Positions 1 to 13,039 are shown, counted from the stretch's first letter. The stretch is 64,000 bases of DNA from Camelus dromedarius (GCF_036321535.1 NC_087459.1:22196001-22260000); one strand, 5' to 3'. A program made the numbers and translations. The notes: a model not told the origin generated them from the sequence alone.

Positions 1-89
1 GGAGAAATTTTAAAATACTTTTTAAGTGTGTAAGGCCTGTTTTACACACTATAGCTCAAAGTCCAAATGCCCATAAAAGGAAAAAAAGG

Positions 90-510
90 ATATATCTGAC
101 CACATGAAAAAAATTTTTAATGTTTAATTCGGAAAAGGCATAAATACAAAATACAAACAACACTGGGGCAAATTGCAACACAGAAAACATAAAGAGCTCC
201 TACAAATCCACATGAAACCAAATAGGAAAACAGAAGACACGAATAGACAGTTCACAGAAAAAGAACTACAAATGGTTTTTACATGTAAGATATATGCTCG
301 AGGGGGAAGGTATATGCACAAGGTCCTGGATTCAATTCCCAGTACCTCCACTGAAATAAACTAATAAACAAATATGTAATTACCTCCCTCCAAAAAACTA
401 AAAATAAAATTTTTAAAAAAATTTTAAAGATATATGTTCAACTTCATTCTCAATAAACAAAACTTTAAGATACATTTTTCACCTATAAATTTGGCAAAGA
501 TAGAAACAAA
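90..510 (+). mobile_element. Old L1 (L1M-type) fragment, interrupted by a SINE
   Basis: A-rich L1 ORF2/3' motifs such as gaatagacagttcacagaaaaagaactacaaatgg; subfamily not determined. Confidence 0.55.
302..426 (+). mobile_element. tRNA-Ala-derived camelid-type SINE (vic-1-like), internally deleted
   Basis: ggggaaggtata..aggtcctggattcaattcccagtacctcca plus tail; 13-bp TSD aagatatatgctc (287-299) / aagatatatgttc (427-439). Confidence 0.85.
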
Positions 511-843
511 ACATTACACATTTTCAGGATATCCTTTCTTTATATATATATAATAATAAAAATAAGACACTGGACATACTTCATATATTTTATATTTTAT
601 ACTCTCATGTGTATATTTCTGCATTCCCCTTTTACGGATACATAAATTGTGGGGGCTGCAAAAATGAAAATATTCTGAATGTTTTAACATAGTCAATGTT
701 AATGTTTTAATGTATATCCTCTGCCCTTTTTTGTATAGATGCATGTGGAATGGTTACAAAAATGAGATTATATTCATGTTATTTTAAACAAGTTTTCCTC
801 CCTTATTTAGGTCATTAAACATGATTTCACCACCTTTTTATCC

Positions 844-927
844 TTTTTTTAATGGAGGTACTGGGGATTGAACCCAGGCCCTCATGCATGCTAAACATGT
901 ACTCTACCACTGAGCTACACCCTCCCC
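844..927 (-). mobile_element. tRNA-Ala-derived SINE (vic-1-like)
   Basis: Reverse complement reads ggggagggtgtagctcagtggtagagtacatgtttagcatgcatgagggcctgggttcaatccccagtacctcca plus A tail. Confidence 0.9.
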
Positions 928-1509
928 TCAGTGCTTTCATCACCTTCTGCATGGACTTTTCAACACCCTCCTTTCTGTCTCCTTTCCCTATTCTCAGTCT
1001 TCTTCCTTAGTTCATCCTCCACTCCACCTGAAGCTACCTTCATCTCTAGTTTTTTGGGTTTTCACTGCTGGCAGGCTTAGGCTCAGATTTCTTAACTAGC
1101 AAACCAGGACACAACAGTTGTAATAAGCTACTTCTCCAGACTTGTCTTTTTCCCTCTATCCTATGCATTCACCTTTCTCTGGGCACGCCAGGCCCTTCCA
1201 CTATCACTCGCTGTTTGATATCATTCTCCTAAGCCCTCTTCTCTTACAAAGTATCCATGTATCTTTCAAAACTCACCTGCTCCAAGAAACCTTCCCTGAT
1301 GCTCAGAGTTAGTACCTTTGTGCTCACAGTACTTCATTCATTTCTTAAAGATCCTACATCTTGGTCATTTAACCTGTTTACAAGTTTATCTCCGTAACTA
1401 GGCTATGTATTTCTTGAGGATTAAGGATCTCCAGAACTAATCACACATCTCCCTCGTCTGTATAACTCAAACTTAAATAGATGCTTTTGTGGTTTTCAAA
1501 TACACAAGA

Positions 1510-1960
1510 TCACTTTAGTGCATTATATACCAGGATATTCACTGCAGTCTGAGTAACAGAAGATTGGGAACAACCTAAATGTCAACCAGTAGGTGGCTGG
1601 TTACTTATGTCATCCTTATAAAGAATACATGCAGTTATTAATAAGAATGAGGAAGCCCTATTTGTACTGGTATGTTCCTATCTCCAAGATACTTAAAGTG
1701 TAACACACCCAATACTGTGTATATGAATTGCCATTTTGTGTGAGGGAAAATTTTTATATTTGTGCACATATTCATTTATAAATTCAGAAAGCATCTGGGG
1801 AATTCAGAGTACCTAAAGGTAACACCATGTATCTAAAGATGCATGTCAGAAGGAAGTTGACTAGAGGAAGAAGGTAGACTTACTTTTCACCGTATGCCCT
1901 CTGGCACCTTTTGAATTCTGAACAACTTTGGTTATTAACTACAAGAATAAAACACAAAAC
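1510..1960 (+). mobile_element. Old L1 3' region fragment
   Basis: Motifs gggaacaacctaaatgtc..agtagg and aagaatgaggaagc typical of L1M 3' ends. Confidence 0.55.
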
Positions 1961-2349
1961 GTTTGAGAAGACTTGCTATCTAGGTGGGGGGCATCTTTAG
2001 AAATAAAGCAGCCCTCTCAAAGGCTGGACACCACTGCTCAATCAAGTTAGTTTTCAAACCTGCCTTGAGAACCTGAGGCCTCAGCACTGCGTCCTGAGTC
2101 TGAAGAGTGGACTGACTCTTGCTTCTCCTCAGCTGCCATCGCACCAATCCTGTAGCTTTCTAAAGGCATCTAGCACTTTCCACCTTGTATTACGTCTCTT
2201 CGCCTTCCGTAAGCCTAAAACACCTAGGACACTGGGGTGGGGGGGAGGTCCTTATCAGATTCACTCTGGGCCCCCACAGCTTCTAGAACACCCTCAGGCA
2301 CACAGTACACAAGAAAAGTCTGGTGATCGGGATAAAAGCAAGGGGAGAA

Positions 2350-3330
2350 AGGAGCAAACGTCGCGAGCGGGGGACAGGGGAGGCCCACCCTACACCCTGC
2401 GGCCGGAGACCTCCGGGAAAGAGCAGCCGCCTCTCCAGTCACGCCCAGACGTGCGCGGCCGACAGGCCTTGCCTTGCGCACAGCGACCCGCACCGCCTAC
2501 GTCCTCAGGTCGGAGGTCCGCAAAGCTGGGCCCGGGCCGGCGGCAACACCAGAGCCCAGCGAGCCCTGTTCGCTGGGAGCCACGCTCCTACCGAGCGCCA
2601 TGGCGCCGCGGCGGGGACGGGTGGGGCGGGGCTACGTGCGGCCGCGACCCAATGAGCGGCGTCGGCCGACCCACGGCCCAATGGCGGCGGCACGTGGGCA
2701 CGCTGGGGGCGGGCCCGGCGCGCCGGACTGTTCGAGAAGATCCGGATAGCGCCTCCCGGCCATGCTCTGAACCGACTCTCGGCTTTCAGCACGCCGGGTC
2801 CCCACATCTTCCTCTGCTGGGGCAGCTATGGCAGCCGTGAAGACCCTGAACCCCAAGGCCGAGGTGGCCCGAGCCCAGGCGGCGTTGGCGGTCAACATCA
2901 GCGCGGCCCGGGGGCTGCAGGACGTGCTGAGGACCAACTTGGGGCCTAAGGGCACCATGAAGATGTAAGGCGGGGTCGGCGGGGAGGGCCGGGCGGGCAC
3001 CGCGCACCTCGCGCGGTCTCGGGCCTGGTGCTGGGGATCGCGGTTTTGAGCCCGTCGTCTCTGGGTATCTGAGCTCGCCACTGCGGCCCTTCTTCCCCGC
3101 ATTCTCCCGAGTAATTCCTATTTTCCGCCCTAGCCATTTTCTCTTGTGGTAGATGCCGTCTCCGCGGAGAACAAAGCTTCCCGCATGCGCGCCGCTCTCC
3201 CCGCGCTCTGGGGCTTAAGCGACCTGAGTTCTCGGCAGTCTTTCCCAGGCGGGAGGGGGTGGACACTGCACCGTTCCTGTTACCGGGAGCAGAGACCCTG
3301 TCCCAATGCCCCAGCTTCTTAGGATCTGGA
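2350..3330. promoter_or_regulatory. CpG island / CCT6A promoter, probably bidirectional with PSPH
   Basis: CpG-dense. CCAAT at 2649-2653 and 2678-2682, E-box CACGTG 2691-2696, GC box 2708-2713, heat-shock-element-like TTCgaGAAgaTCC 2731-2743. The PSPH link is synteny-based; no PSPH coding exon is in the window. Confidence 0.8.
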
Positions 3331-6300
3331 TAAAGCCCGATTTTTATGGGATTCTTGGTCACCATTGAAAAAGTTACACTGTGCTTTGTTTCTGCCCATT
3401 GAACAGGCTTGTTTCTGGTGCTGGAGACATCAAGCTTACTAAAGATGGAAATGTACTGCTTCACGAAATGGTGAGAGGTTGCTATACTAGGTCAAAAATG
3501 TTCTGGTTTTCCGTAGTACATGTGACTTGTAGAGAGATTTTTAATGTTCGTTTTCAAGGTAGGAGAAGATCATTTGCTCTCAACAGGTAGTTCTCCAGAC
3601 AATGGAAGTAGAAGAGGAATATAATCAGTAATGTTATTGACAATACAACACAGTGAGGAGCCCTGGAGTCCGATATACTTACTTTTGAATCTCTATTTTT
3701 GTCATTTAAGGCCTTGATTAAAGGATTGTAATTATTAAAATAAATTCTAATAAAATCTGAAAAACTAAAGAGAAATTGACATCATCAGATAGGCAAAATG
3801 CAACAGAATAGTTATACTTATTTCCTTTAAAACTGGAGTTCTCTGTTATATTTCATCTCTCCACCACCGACTAGAGGGGAAATAAAAGTCTTTACCATTT
3901 TTAAAGTCCCAGTGACTAAGAATACGAGGTTACTGAGAGGAGCAGTCGTTTTTCTCATCTCTGAGTTCCCAAAACCTAACAGTTCAAATCCAAGAAAAGG
4001 AAATGACTTCTCTGTGTTTTGAGTTTTAAGTTCAGGGTTTTGATGGCACTGTACCATGTTAACATCCCAGGTGTTTGTAAATACCTTCAGTAAGGACTAG
4101 CTAACCTAGAACGTGTGTTTTTTGTTTGTTGGCTAAGTAGTGGCCAGTGCTAGCAGAGAGCATTTGGAGTCATAGTTTAAACTTGCTATGTCGTAAAAGT
4201 CATACCTACATGGCTTTTCTATTTTACCTAATTTAATGAGATAATCTGTGAAATGATTGGCTTAGATTCTTAAACTATCAGTGTCCCCAAAGACATAAAA
4301 ACCAAAAGCAGTGCAAGAGCCATGATTGGATCCTTTGTAATTAAGAATCTGTGAGTTGCAGGCATGAATATCGTGCTTTTCCAAAACCTTTCCTTACAGT
4401 GATGTAGCATCCACTGATGATTTTTGCTAAAAGGGCTATTTTTAAAAAATTCTGAGGCTGCTGGGCTTTCATTTATTCTCAGAAGAATCCTGGATTTGTC
4501 ATAAAGAGACATGCATGGATTTGAAATTGTTGCTCTTACTTGTTAGCTCTGTCACCTTGAGTAAGCCTTAACTAAGCCTCAAATTTATATTTAGAAATGG
4601 TTTGATCATCATAAACTGTTAATACAAAATAGCTAATGGTGAATTTTTCATCAGCATAATATGTAGCTGCACACTTGGGCATTTTGTGCAAGTAGATTAG
4701 CCCTTTACACATTTTAAGGTATATTTGGACTGTTTTAATTTAACTTGTTTAAGGATTTTTTTCTTCTACTTTCAGCAAATTCAGCACCCAACAGCCTCCT
4801 TAATAGCCAAAGTAGCAACAGCCCAGGATGACATAACTGGTGATGGTACCACTTCCAATGTCCTAATCATTGGAGAGCTCCTGAAACAGGCGGATCTCTA
4901 CATTTCTGAAGTATACATGATTCTTGTGTTTCTGTGATATTTTACTGTGGATAGGAAATGATCTGAGTTTTATTTATTCACAATGATGTGTTACTAGTAG
5001 CAGAGGCCATACAGTAGAATATCAAGGGGCTTAAATCTGAGGACTAGAGTCTATATCCTAATCTGACACAAATTTGTTATGATCCTAGAAAAGTTAAAGA
5101 ATTTTTCTTGGCCTAAAAGCTGGTTGTTTTTTTTTTTTTAAATCAAGTTGCATTATATATATGATTTTTATCTATAACATGGATTAATAATTGAGATTTA
5201 GAAATGGAATATTCAGGATTGGCATATTTAAAAGGAAAAGGCCAACAAAAAATTTTAAATAAGAGTTCTACAACTTCTTTAGCACTCAGTAGTTCCAAGG
5301 TTAAAGCAGACCTCAGTGACTACTAGCATGTTGTCAGGAAGAATTTCCTGGGAGGAGAGAGAAAGCAGATGCTTAGTCTGTTTATTTTTTGTTAGATGAT
5401 GAGAATTAATTTCAGGTTATCTATAGAAAAGATACAGTCCTGCTGACTGCATATTGATACGACATGGTTTTGAGTTTTGGGCATTATTCCTTTTGGTTTG
5501 CACAATGAACACCCAAGTGTGCTTTATAGTGCCCTTGGCTTTGACTCTGTGCTAGAGCAATGTCTGTTCTTTTCCTCTGCATTGAAAGGACTATTAATCC
5601 TTTTAAATGTATTCAGAAAGTCAGAACATTATGTTAATTGCGTTAAAGGGTGTGAATGATCCAAAATATCTCTTTGTAAACTTGCTTTATTATGAGCTAT
5701 AATTGCATCTAGCTGAAGATCTCCAGTGTCAGTAGTGGTTTTGTAATTGTGTGTTTATTATAGGGTCTTCATCCCAGAATAATCACAGAAGGATTTGAAG
5801 CTGCAAAGGAGAAGGCACTTCAGTTTTTGGAACAAGTCAAAGTAAGCAAAGAGATGGACAGGGAAACACTTATAGACGTGGCCAGAACGTCTCTACGCAC
5901 TAAAGTTCATGCTGAACTTGCTGATGTCTTAACAGAGGTATGTGTTTAATCTGTTATGTGTCTGGTACAGTACACCTATACAGAATACCCCTGGCAGCTG
6001 GACGCATCGGTACTCTAGTTTCAATTACAGGGTGCTATCTACAGTCTTTAACAGTATCATGCTGTGAAATAAGTAGGTTCATTTTTGTGGCAGTGATAAC
6101 CTGATCCGTATTCCCAAAGAAAGTAAAGTGAGAAAGTCATAATAGTATGCCTGGCCAGGTTATAAAGGTATAATCCAAGCTTTCAGTAAACAGGGTTTAT
6201 AAAATGGAGGTTTCATTATTAAAAAGCTTCCTGTCACTGATATTTTTAATACAATAGTAGGGATGTCATTGATTCTTTAGGTAATTACAAATTGAGATTT

Positions 6301-9300
6301 TGTAAATGACTTCAGCCCTTCATACATAATGCATTCTGTAAGTGCATAGAAATAGGCTTGGATCAATTCACAGATTTTTAAAGTCAAGAAACTGCTTTGA
6401 ATTTCTCTGAAGAATAAGGTGTCTCAGTTTCGGCAAATCAAATTCATTTAATGGTTACACTTCTATTGCAGGCTGTAGTGGACTCCATTTTGACCATTAA
6501 AAAACAAGATGAACCTATTGACCTCTTCATGATTGAGATCATGGAGATGAAACATAAATCTGAAACTGACACAAGGTAGGTGGTAGAATGCTAGGAAATA
6601 CTTAAGAAGTGTGTTTACAAACCGGAAGGAGTTTATACAATTCATATCTTTTGCCTGATTTTTTTGTCTTTGAATTAATGTATATTGCCAAGATGAGTAT
6701 TTAATTTACTCGGTGTTTCCTCTTGAAATGAAGTTAATGGTATGTATTTATAGTCAGAATGCTTCTGAAAAGTCAGCTACATCAGGTGAAAAAGAATGTG
6801 AAAATGAATATATGTATGTTCCTGTATAACTGAAGCTTTATGCTGTACACCAGAAATTGACACAACTAACTATACTTAAATAAAAGATACATATATAGAT
6901 TTTAACAAAGAAGAAAAAAGTCAACTATATCAGTCATTTGGCATTTATTGAACTGTTGGATACAAAACCCATGGGAGACTTTGGGGAATTTTTAAAAATT
7001 ATTTCAAAGATCTAGTTTGAAGACATTTTTTAAAGGCAGTGATCACAGTTTGATAGCCTACCAGTTGAGACTATTTCTCCGCAGAATTTTCTGTGCAGGA
7101 AAGAGTTGTTACTTTCATTTGAATGGCTTATTTTTGTCGTATTCCGGAATACTGCTTTTTCACAGTTGGACCTTACCTAGATATTACCTAAAAGTCCTCT
7201 TCAGATAACTCAAGAAATAAAGCTGATTGTGTGAAAATTACCAATACAGTCTCAAGTCACTGATTTGATTTTGTTAGCGTATGTTATATAGCCCATCTGA
7301 AATCAATAAGAATATAATTTTTATGTTTTAACAGCTTAATCAGAGGTCTTGTTTTGGACCATGGGGCACGGCATCCTGATATGAAAAAGAGAGTAGAAGA
7401 TGCATACATCCTCACATGCAACGTGTCATTGGAATATGAAAAGACGTGAGTTTATAGCCCTTTAAGAATGGGACAGAGAGGTGGAGGAGCTTGGTGTTTG
7501 GGGCAAGTCACTTTTTTGTGAGACTTAGTTCCCCCACTGTAAGGACAACAGGGCCTCAAACTGGGTTTTGAGGAAACATACCAGGAGTGGGATTGGAGCT
7601 CAGTGACTGTTAAATCTTGAGACTAACATAGTTTCTAAGACTGCTGGCTTATCTTCTACTCAGAAATTAAACATTTCCTCCTCTTTCTGTAAATTTTTTT
7701 TTTTTAGAGAAGTGAATTCTGGCTTTTTTTACAAGAGTGCAGAAGAGAGAGAGAAACTAGTAAAAGCTGAAAGAAAATTCATTGAAGACAGAGTTAAAAA
7801 AATAATAGAACTGAAAAAGAAAGTCTGTGGTGATTCAGATAAAGGATTTGTTGTTATTAATCAAAAGGTGAGATATTTTGCTTTATAAGCTAGTCTATTT
7901 TAAAGGTGAAATACATTGAAACTAATTTTTTGTTGTTGTTCCAGGGAATTGATCCCTTTTCCTTAGATGCTCTTGCAAAAGAAGGCATAGTAGCTCTGCG
8001 CAGAGCTAAAAGGAGAAATATGGAAAGGTAGGGACAGCAGATTATCTGGCATGAATTTTACTTATTTTGCAAGTTAACTAGGATTATTCCTTTTTTGGCC
8101 CTACTTATTTTTGTGTTTTTATTGCAATAAAATATACATAGTATAAAATTGATCATTTTACTAGTGTTTTAAAGCGTACAGTTCAGTTGCATTAAGTTAC
8201 ACACACGTTGTGCAACAATCATTATCCATTTTCAGAACTTTTTCTATCATCACAGACTGAAAGCCTGTACTCATTAAATAATAACTATACACACCCCCTC
8301 TGGTAAATACTATTCTACTTTTTGTCTAGGAATTTGGTACCTCGTGTAAGGGAATCATGCAGTATTTGTCTTTTTGTGTCTGGCTTATTTCGCTTAGCCT
8401 AATCTTTTCAGAATTTATTATGTTGTAGCATCAGGCTCATTTCTTTTTAAGGATGAATAAATAATCCAGTGTATGGATACATACCACATTTTGATCCATT
8501 TATCTGTCAATGAACATTTATTTGGGTTTCTACCTTTTGATTACTATGAGTAGTGCTGTGAATGTTGGTATATACTTGTTTTATTTTTAAATTATGACCT
8601 GTACTGTATATATTTTTCCATATCAAGAGACAGCACCAAAGGTTTTGGAGAATACTTTTTCCCAAAGAGCTCACCATGATGAAGAGTTATTGTCCATCTT
8701 TAGATTTCATATTAGGTATATTTGCTGCCTTGGGGAGAGTGATTTAAATGGAGAGTTGGGAGGAAAGACCAGTTTTCAGCTGGTGGCAAATGGAAAGGTT
8801 TTAGCTAAAATACATTTTAGAGTATGTTTTGAGTATGTAATTCTGAAAAAGATTGCTTTCTAAAAATTATTGTTCTTCTCTTTAAACGTAACTAATAAAA
8901 TTACTTCTGCATCTCCCTTACACTTGAATATTTCAGGCTGACTCTTGCTTGTGGTGGAGTAGCCCTAAATTCTCTTGATGGCCTAAGTCCTGATTGTTTG
9001 GGATATGCAGGACTTGTCTATGAGTATACACTGGTGAGTGTATTTTCTTTCCAAAGATAATACTACTTTCTGGTTCATGAATTCTTCACTAGTTAAAACT
9101 TCCTTAAAACTCAGGAAGAGATTTTTCCTTGGTTTACTTATGTTTTGATGGTTTATTGTAGTAATGATAACCCATTGAAAGGAAAATAACATTTGTTTTA
9201 TCTGACTTTTTAAAAGAAATAATTTGCCTTAACATGGTCAGTGCTGTTCCCTGTTAATACGCTACTTATTCCTCCATAAGCCCCTTCTCTCTGTTCATTC

Positions 9301-12013
9301 TTTATACAGCCATATCCTGTTTTTTAAAATACTGTCTCTTCATACAGGGAGAAGAGAAGTTCACCTTTATCGAGAAATGTAACAATCCTCGCTCTGTCAC
9401 ATTATTGATCAAAGGACCAAATAAGCACACACTCACTCAAATCAAAGATGCAATAAGAGATGGCTTGAGGGCTGTTAAAAATGCTATTGATGATGGTAAG
9501 ATCCCCACTGTATTTAAATTACATTCTTTTCGCTAGTCTAAAAGGCATGGCTGAATACTGTGTTCTTTTTGTCAGTAGTTTACACAGCCAGACACCATGC
9601 GAAAGTAAAGTTTTCCCTTTGTAATGGCTATTGATGGTATGCTAAGTTTTTTCATAGCATGCTGTTACTAAAAGAGGATACAAATAAATGAACTAGTAAG
9701 AACTTGTAGGAGCTTCTATATGCTAGTTAAATCATTCTATTTGATAACGTTTGTATTGCTTTCAAATGCAGTGTTAAAACTGCTGTGGTTATACTGAATT
9801 CTCAGATTAATGATTTTCCTATGTGTGTTTTAATTTATGTATTTTCTTATAATTGATTGTACAGTATTACTGTCTTTGTAGTTTAGCATCTCTCTCTCCC
9901 CCCACCCAACAGGCTGTGTAGTTCCAGGTGCTGGTGCAGTGGAAGTGGCAATGGCAGAAGCCCTGATTAAATACAAGCCCAGTGTAAAGGGCAGGGCCCA
10001 GCTTGGAGTTCAAGCATTTGCTGATGCATTGCTCATTATTCCTAAGGTGTGAATGCTTTAACAGTTTCCTGAACTACACCAAAATGATTCAGCTGATGAA
10101 AGCTTTTTGATAATATGGTTTTTTTTTGTAATACGGATTTTGAATAAGTAGGTTTGATAGTTTTCACCCTAAGACTAGAACAGGTATCTCTCATTTAAAT
10201 GTTTTTGGTTCCTCTGGAGGGAAGGGTTGACTATCTGAACTTTCAGATGGCAGGAGGTAACTATTTTAAGAGGGTTTGCAGTATGCAGGTTATACTCGAG
10301 TACAAGCTTGCTTTTTGTTACTTGTTTTAAAGTAAGATTAATATTGTGATATTCTGTTGTTTGCTCAGTTAGGGGTACAGTTTATGACCAGAGTATTGTT
10401 GGGCTTGGGGTGGATTAGTGAGTTGGTTAGTAATGTATATCTAGTCATTCTCTAAGTTTTTTTAAAAAAAAAATTAGAAATGCTGTTCATTTATTATAGA
10501 TTTCACTCTGAATTCTTAGGTCCTATCTTTTAAAGGGTTACATTTGTTTCCTTTAGGTTCTTGCTCAGAACTCTGGTTTTGACCTTCAGGAGACACTAGT
10601 TAAAGTTCAAGCAGAGCATTCAGAATCAGGTCAACTTGTGGGTGTGGATTTGAACACAGGTAAGAAGATGTGACTATTTGTAGGATTATTTGTAGGGAAG
10701 AACTAGATGCTATAGGGGAGTTAAGGGCAGAAAGGATAAAAAATGGGACAAAAGAATCTTGGAGTTGCTTTGCAGTTTGACACCTTCATCAGGGATCTCT
10801 GGGTTCTAAAACAAGATATGAAAATGTAATGACTAAAATATGATACAAAAGTGTAATGACTTAAAAAATGTAATGACTAGATATAGTAATTAAGGTATTC
10901 TAGTATACATTTGAAAATTTTTGAAGAGTACAGGTTTTGTGTTTCTGAGTTGTGGCAGGTGATTCAGGTTCATATATTGGGCTTGCTTAGTTCTCTTTTT
11001 TGTCAGAAACTTTGATTAAAAAGGTATATTTAACGACTATATTCACAGGTGGAAAGGGCTGAGGATAGCAAATAATGCTGGAAGAGGGAACTAAATCTAA
11101 TTAAATGATTAAAGCCCTGATCTTAGGCCAGTGTAGTACAAATACACAGGTACAAACTGGAAGAGAGGTAACAGATACACCCACGCAGTATAGGTAAGAC
11201 CTGCTGTTGTCAACAGCATCATTTAGATTCAATTTAATATAGAAGGTTTCTGAAATGAGGGAAATAAGCCCATTTTGCCAGATTATAGTTCAAGTGCTAT
11301 ACTTTAATATCGACAGGAATGTGTCCAGATAGATAAACAGAGGTATTCAAATATTTGGTAACCAAGTAGAGCATTCCTGTCATTGGAAGTATTCTAAGTA
11401 GAGATCAGCCACTCATCAAAGCTGATGGGCACAGGAGTCATGGTTTGGAATACAGTACTGGGCTAACGGAGGAACTTTGGTTTCTCATGGTTAATACTGG
11501 AGGAAATAAGTAGTGATGAGTAAAGCAGCACAAAATAATTTTAGACAGTATTCTGATCTTATGACCTGCTCGACCTGCTCTGTGTGATTTTGAGAATACT
11601 CGGTTACTTTTCAGGTGAGCCACTGGTGGCAGCAGAAGTAGGCATATGGGATAACTATTGTGTAAAGAAACAGCTTCTTCACTCCTGGTAAGTTTGGGAA
11701 AGCCAAAACTATAAACTAACCTTTAGGGAATCATTATACTCTTAATTTGGTATGTTTTATTTAGTCACTTTTCTCTCCATAAGAAAATGTAATTCGTCAA
11801 AAGTAGAGCAACTAAGCTTCTGTGTATGGAGGGGAAAGGCAAATTTAACTGGTTGTAATTTGCACAGTCTAGTTGGAGTTTGAATTGAATTAGGGTTCGT
11901 AACTCAAACCTGAGCCATCTGATTTTTTCCCCCCTTTCAGCACTGTGATTGCCACCAACATTCTCCTGGTTGATGAGATCATGAGAGCTGGAATGTCTTC
12001 TCTAAAAGGTTGA
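2828..12013 (+). CDS. CCT6A: T-complex protein 1 subunit zeta (CCT6A), 14 coding exons, 531 aa
   Basis: Exons 2828-2964, 3407-3470, 4776-4910, 5764-5937, 6472-6575, 7335-7445, 7708-7867, 7945-8027, 8937-9033, 9348-9495, 9913-10046, 10557-10659, 11615-11687, 11941-12013. Total 1596 nt, all [50 protein letters not shown]...[13 protein letters not shown]. Confidence 0.98.
5498..5631 (+). ncRNA. SNORA22: H/ACA snoRNA, SNORA22 family (CCT6A intron 3)
   Basis: ttgcacaatgaacacccaagtgtgctttatagtgcccttggctttgactctgtgct matches recalled SNORA22; H box AGAGCA 5554-5559; ACA 5626-5628 followed by 3 nt. CCT6A is the known host. Confidence 0.9.
8116..8575 (-). mobile_element. L1 (L1MB-like) 3' fragment in CCT6A intron 8
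   Basis: ttttattgcaataaaatatacatag..cgtacagttcagttgcattaagt..cttatttcgcttagc, the typical reverse L1MB 3' end. Confidence 0.75.
9545..9685 (+). ncRNA. SNORA15: H/ACA snoRNA, SNORA15 family (CCT6A intron 10)
   Basis: gcatggctgaatactgtgtt..cagtagtttacacagccagacaccatgc matches recalled SNORA15; H box AAAGTA 9602-9607; ACA 9680-9682 followed by AAT. Confidence 0.9.
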
Positions 12014-12323
12014 ATTGAAGCTTCCTTTGTATCATCTGAATCATGAAGACTGCAGAGTGATCTTAAGAATACAGCTATGGAATTTTTGTCCAAACTTAAA
12101 ATGATTTTCAAAGGAGTTTTCTTTTCCCATATGAAAAAGGAAGAGAACACTGGCACCTATTCAAACTCTGAAGTTCTTAAATTATAATTACAGTATTTTT
12201 TAAATTGCCCTGCATTGTACACACAATGCAGCATGCCATGTTTATTCAATGAACAGGATGTGTTGCTTTAGCCTCAGTGATAGAAAATTTCATGTTAGAT
12301 AAGCATATGTTATCTACCTTGTT

Positions 12324-12329
12324 ATTAAA
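12324..12329 (+). terminator. Candidate proximal poly(A) signal (ATTAAA) of CCT6A
   Basis: ATTAAA about 310 nt after the stop, followed by U-rich sequence; a canonical AATAAA also occurs at 12937-12942. Confidence 0.55.
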
Positions 12330-13039
12330 TATTCCTTGAAAAAAAATTTTAATGGTTGAATAATTTCTTCTGATGGGTGTATTTTATCTCCAATAGCTCC
12401 CTATTGTTAAGCATTTAAGTGTTAAATATTTAAGCTAATATAATTTTATGCTAATTCACTTAAGTAATTTAAGATCTTGAAAGCCTCCCTTTTTCCTTAG
12501 TATAAATTTCTATGAGTAAAATTATTTGATCAATTTTACTTTCCATGCTTTTGAAATAGCTTTGCTAAATTGTTTCCCAGGACTGTTAAGTTGTAGTGAA
12601 TAGAGAGATGGGTGAACTAGAAGTAAGGAAGCTGAAAGGAGCTGTACGTGTGAAGTGGCAAAATAGGAAGGGCAGAGGTAGAAACATGGCTGAGGGCTAA
12701 GTGAGAAGAGGTTTTCAGGCAGACTGGTTTCACATCTTGGAACCTTGGTTTATGCTTAAATATCCATCCCAAACTTACCAGTGTCATCTTTTTCTCACCC
12801 AAATTACTGTTCTCCCCTCCATGTTTCCACAAAATTAGTTTTATACAGTTGGCATATCTCTAAAGTCCGTGAAAATGAGGTTCTGTGTTGCTAAGCTTTG
12901 TATTTTGAGGACTTGGCACGTCTACAATGAGTGTGCAATAAATGCTAAGTTGAAACCTTTCCTGTGATCTTGCGGTGGGACTCCGGGGCACAAAGGGAAT
13001 CTGAATATAAAAGGGAAGGGAATCAATCAGTCCGAAAGG

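Noticed and set aside
2224-3464. Long ORFs over the CCT6A CpG island (e.g. 2632-3102, 2946-3464)
   Set aside because: Low-complexity Ala/Arg/Pro/Gly shadow ORFs of GC-rich DNA, overlapping or antisense to the real exon 1.
4415-4455. C/D-box snoRNA candidates (TGATGA..CTGA here and at 11513-11556)
   Set aside because: The boxes are only about 40-45 nt apart, too short for a C/D snoRNA, and there is no terminal stem.
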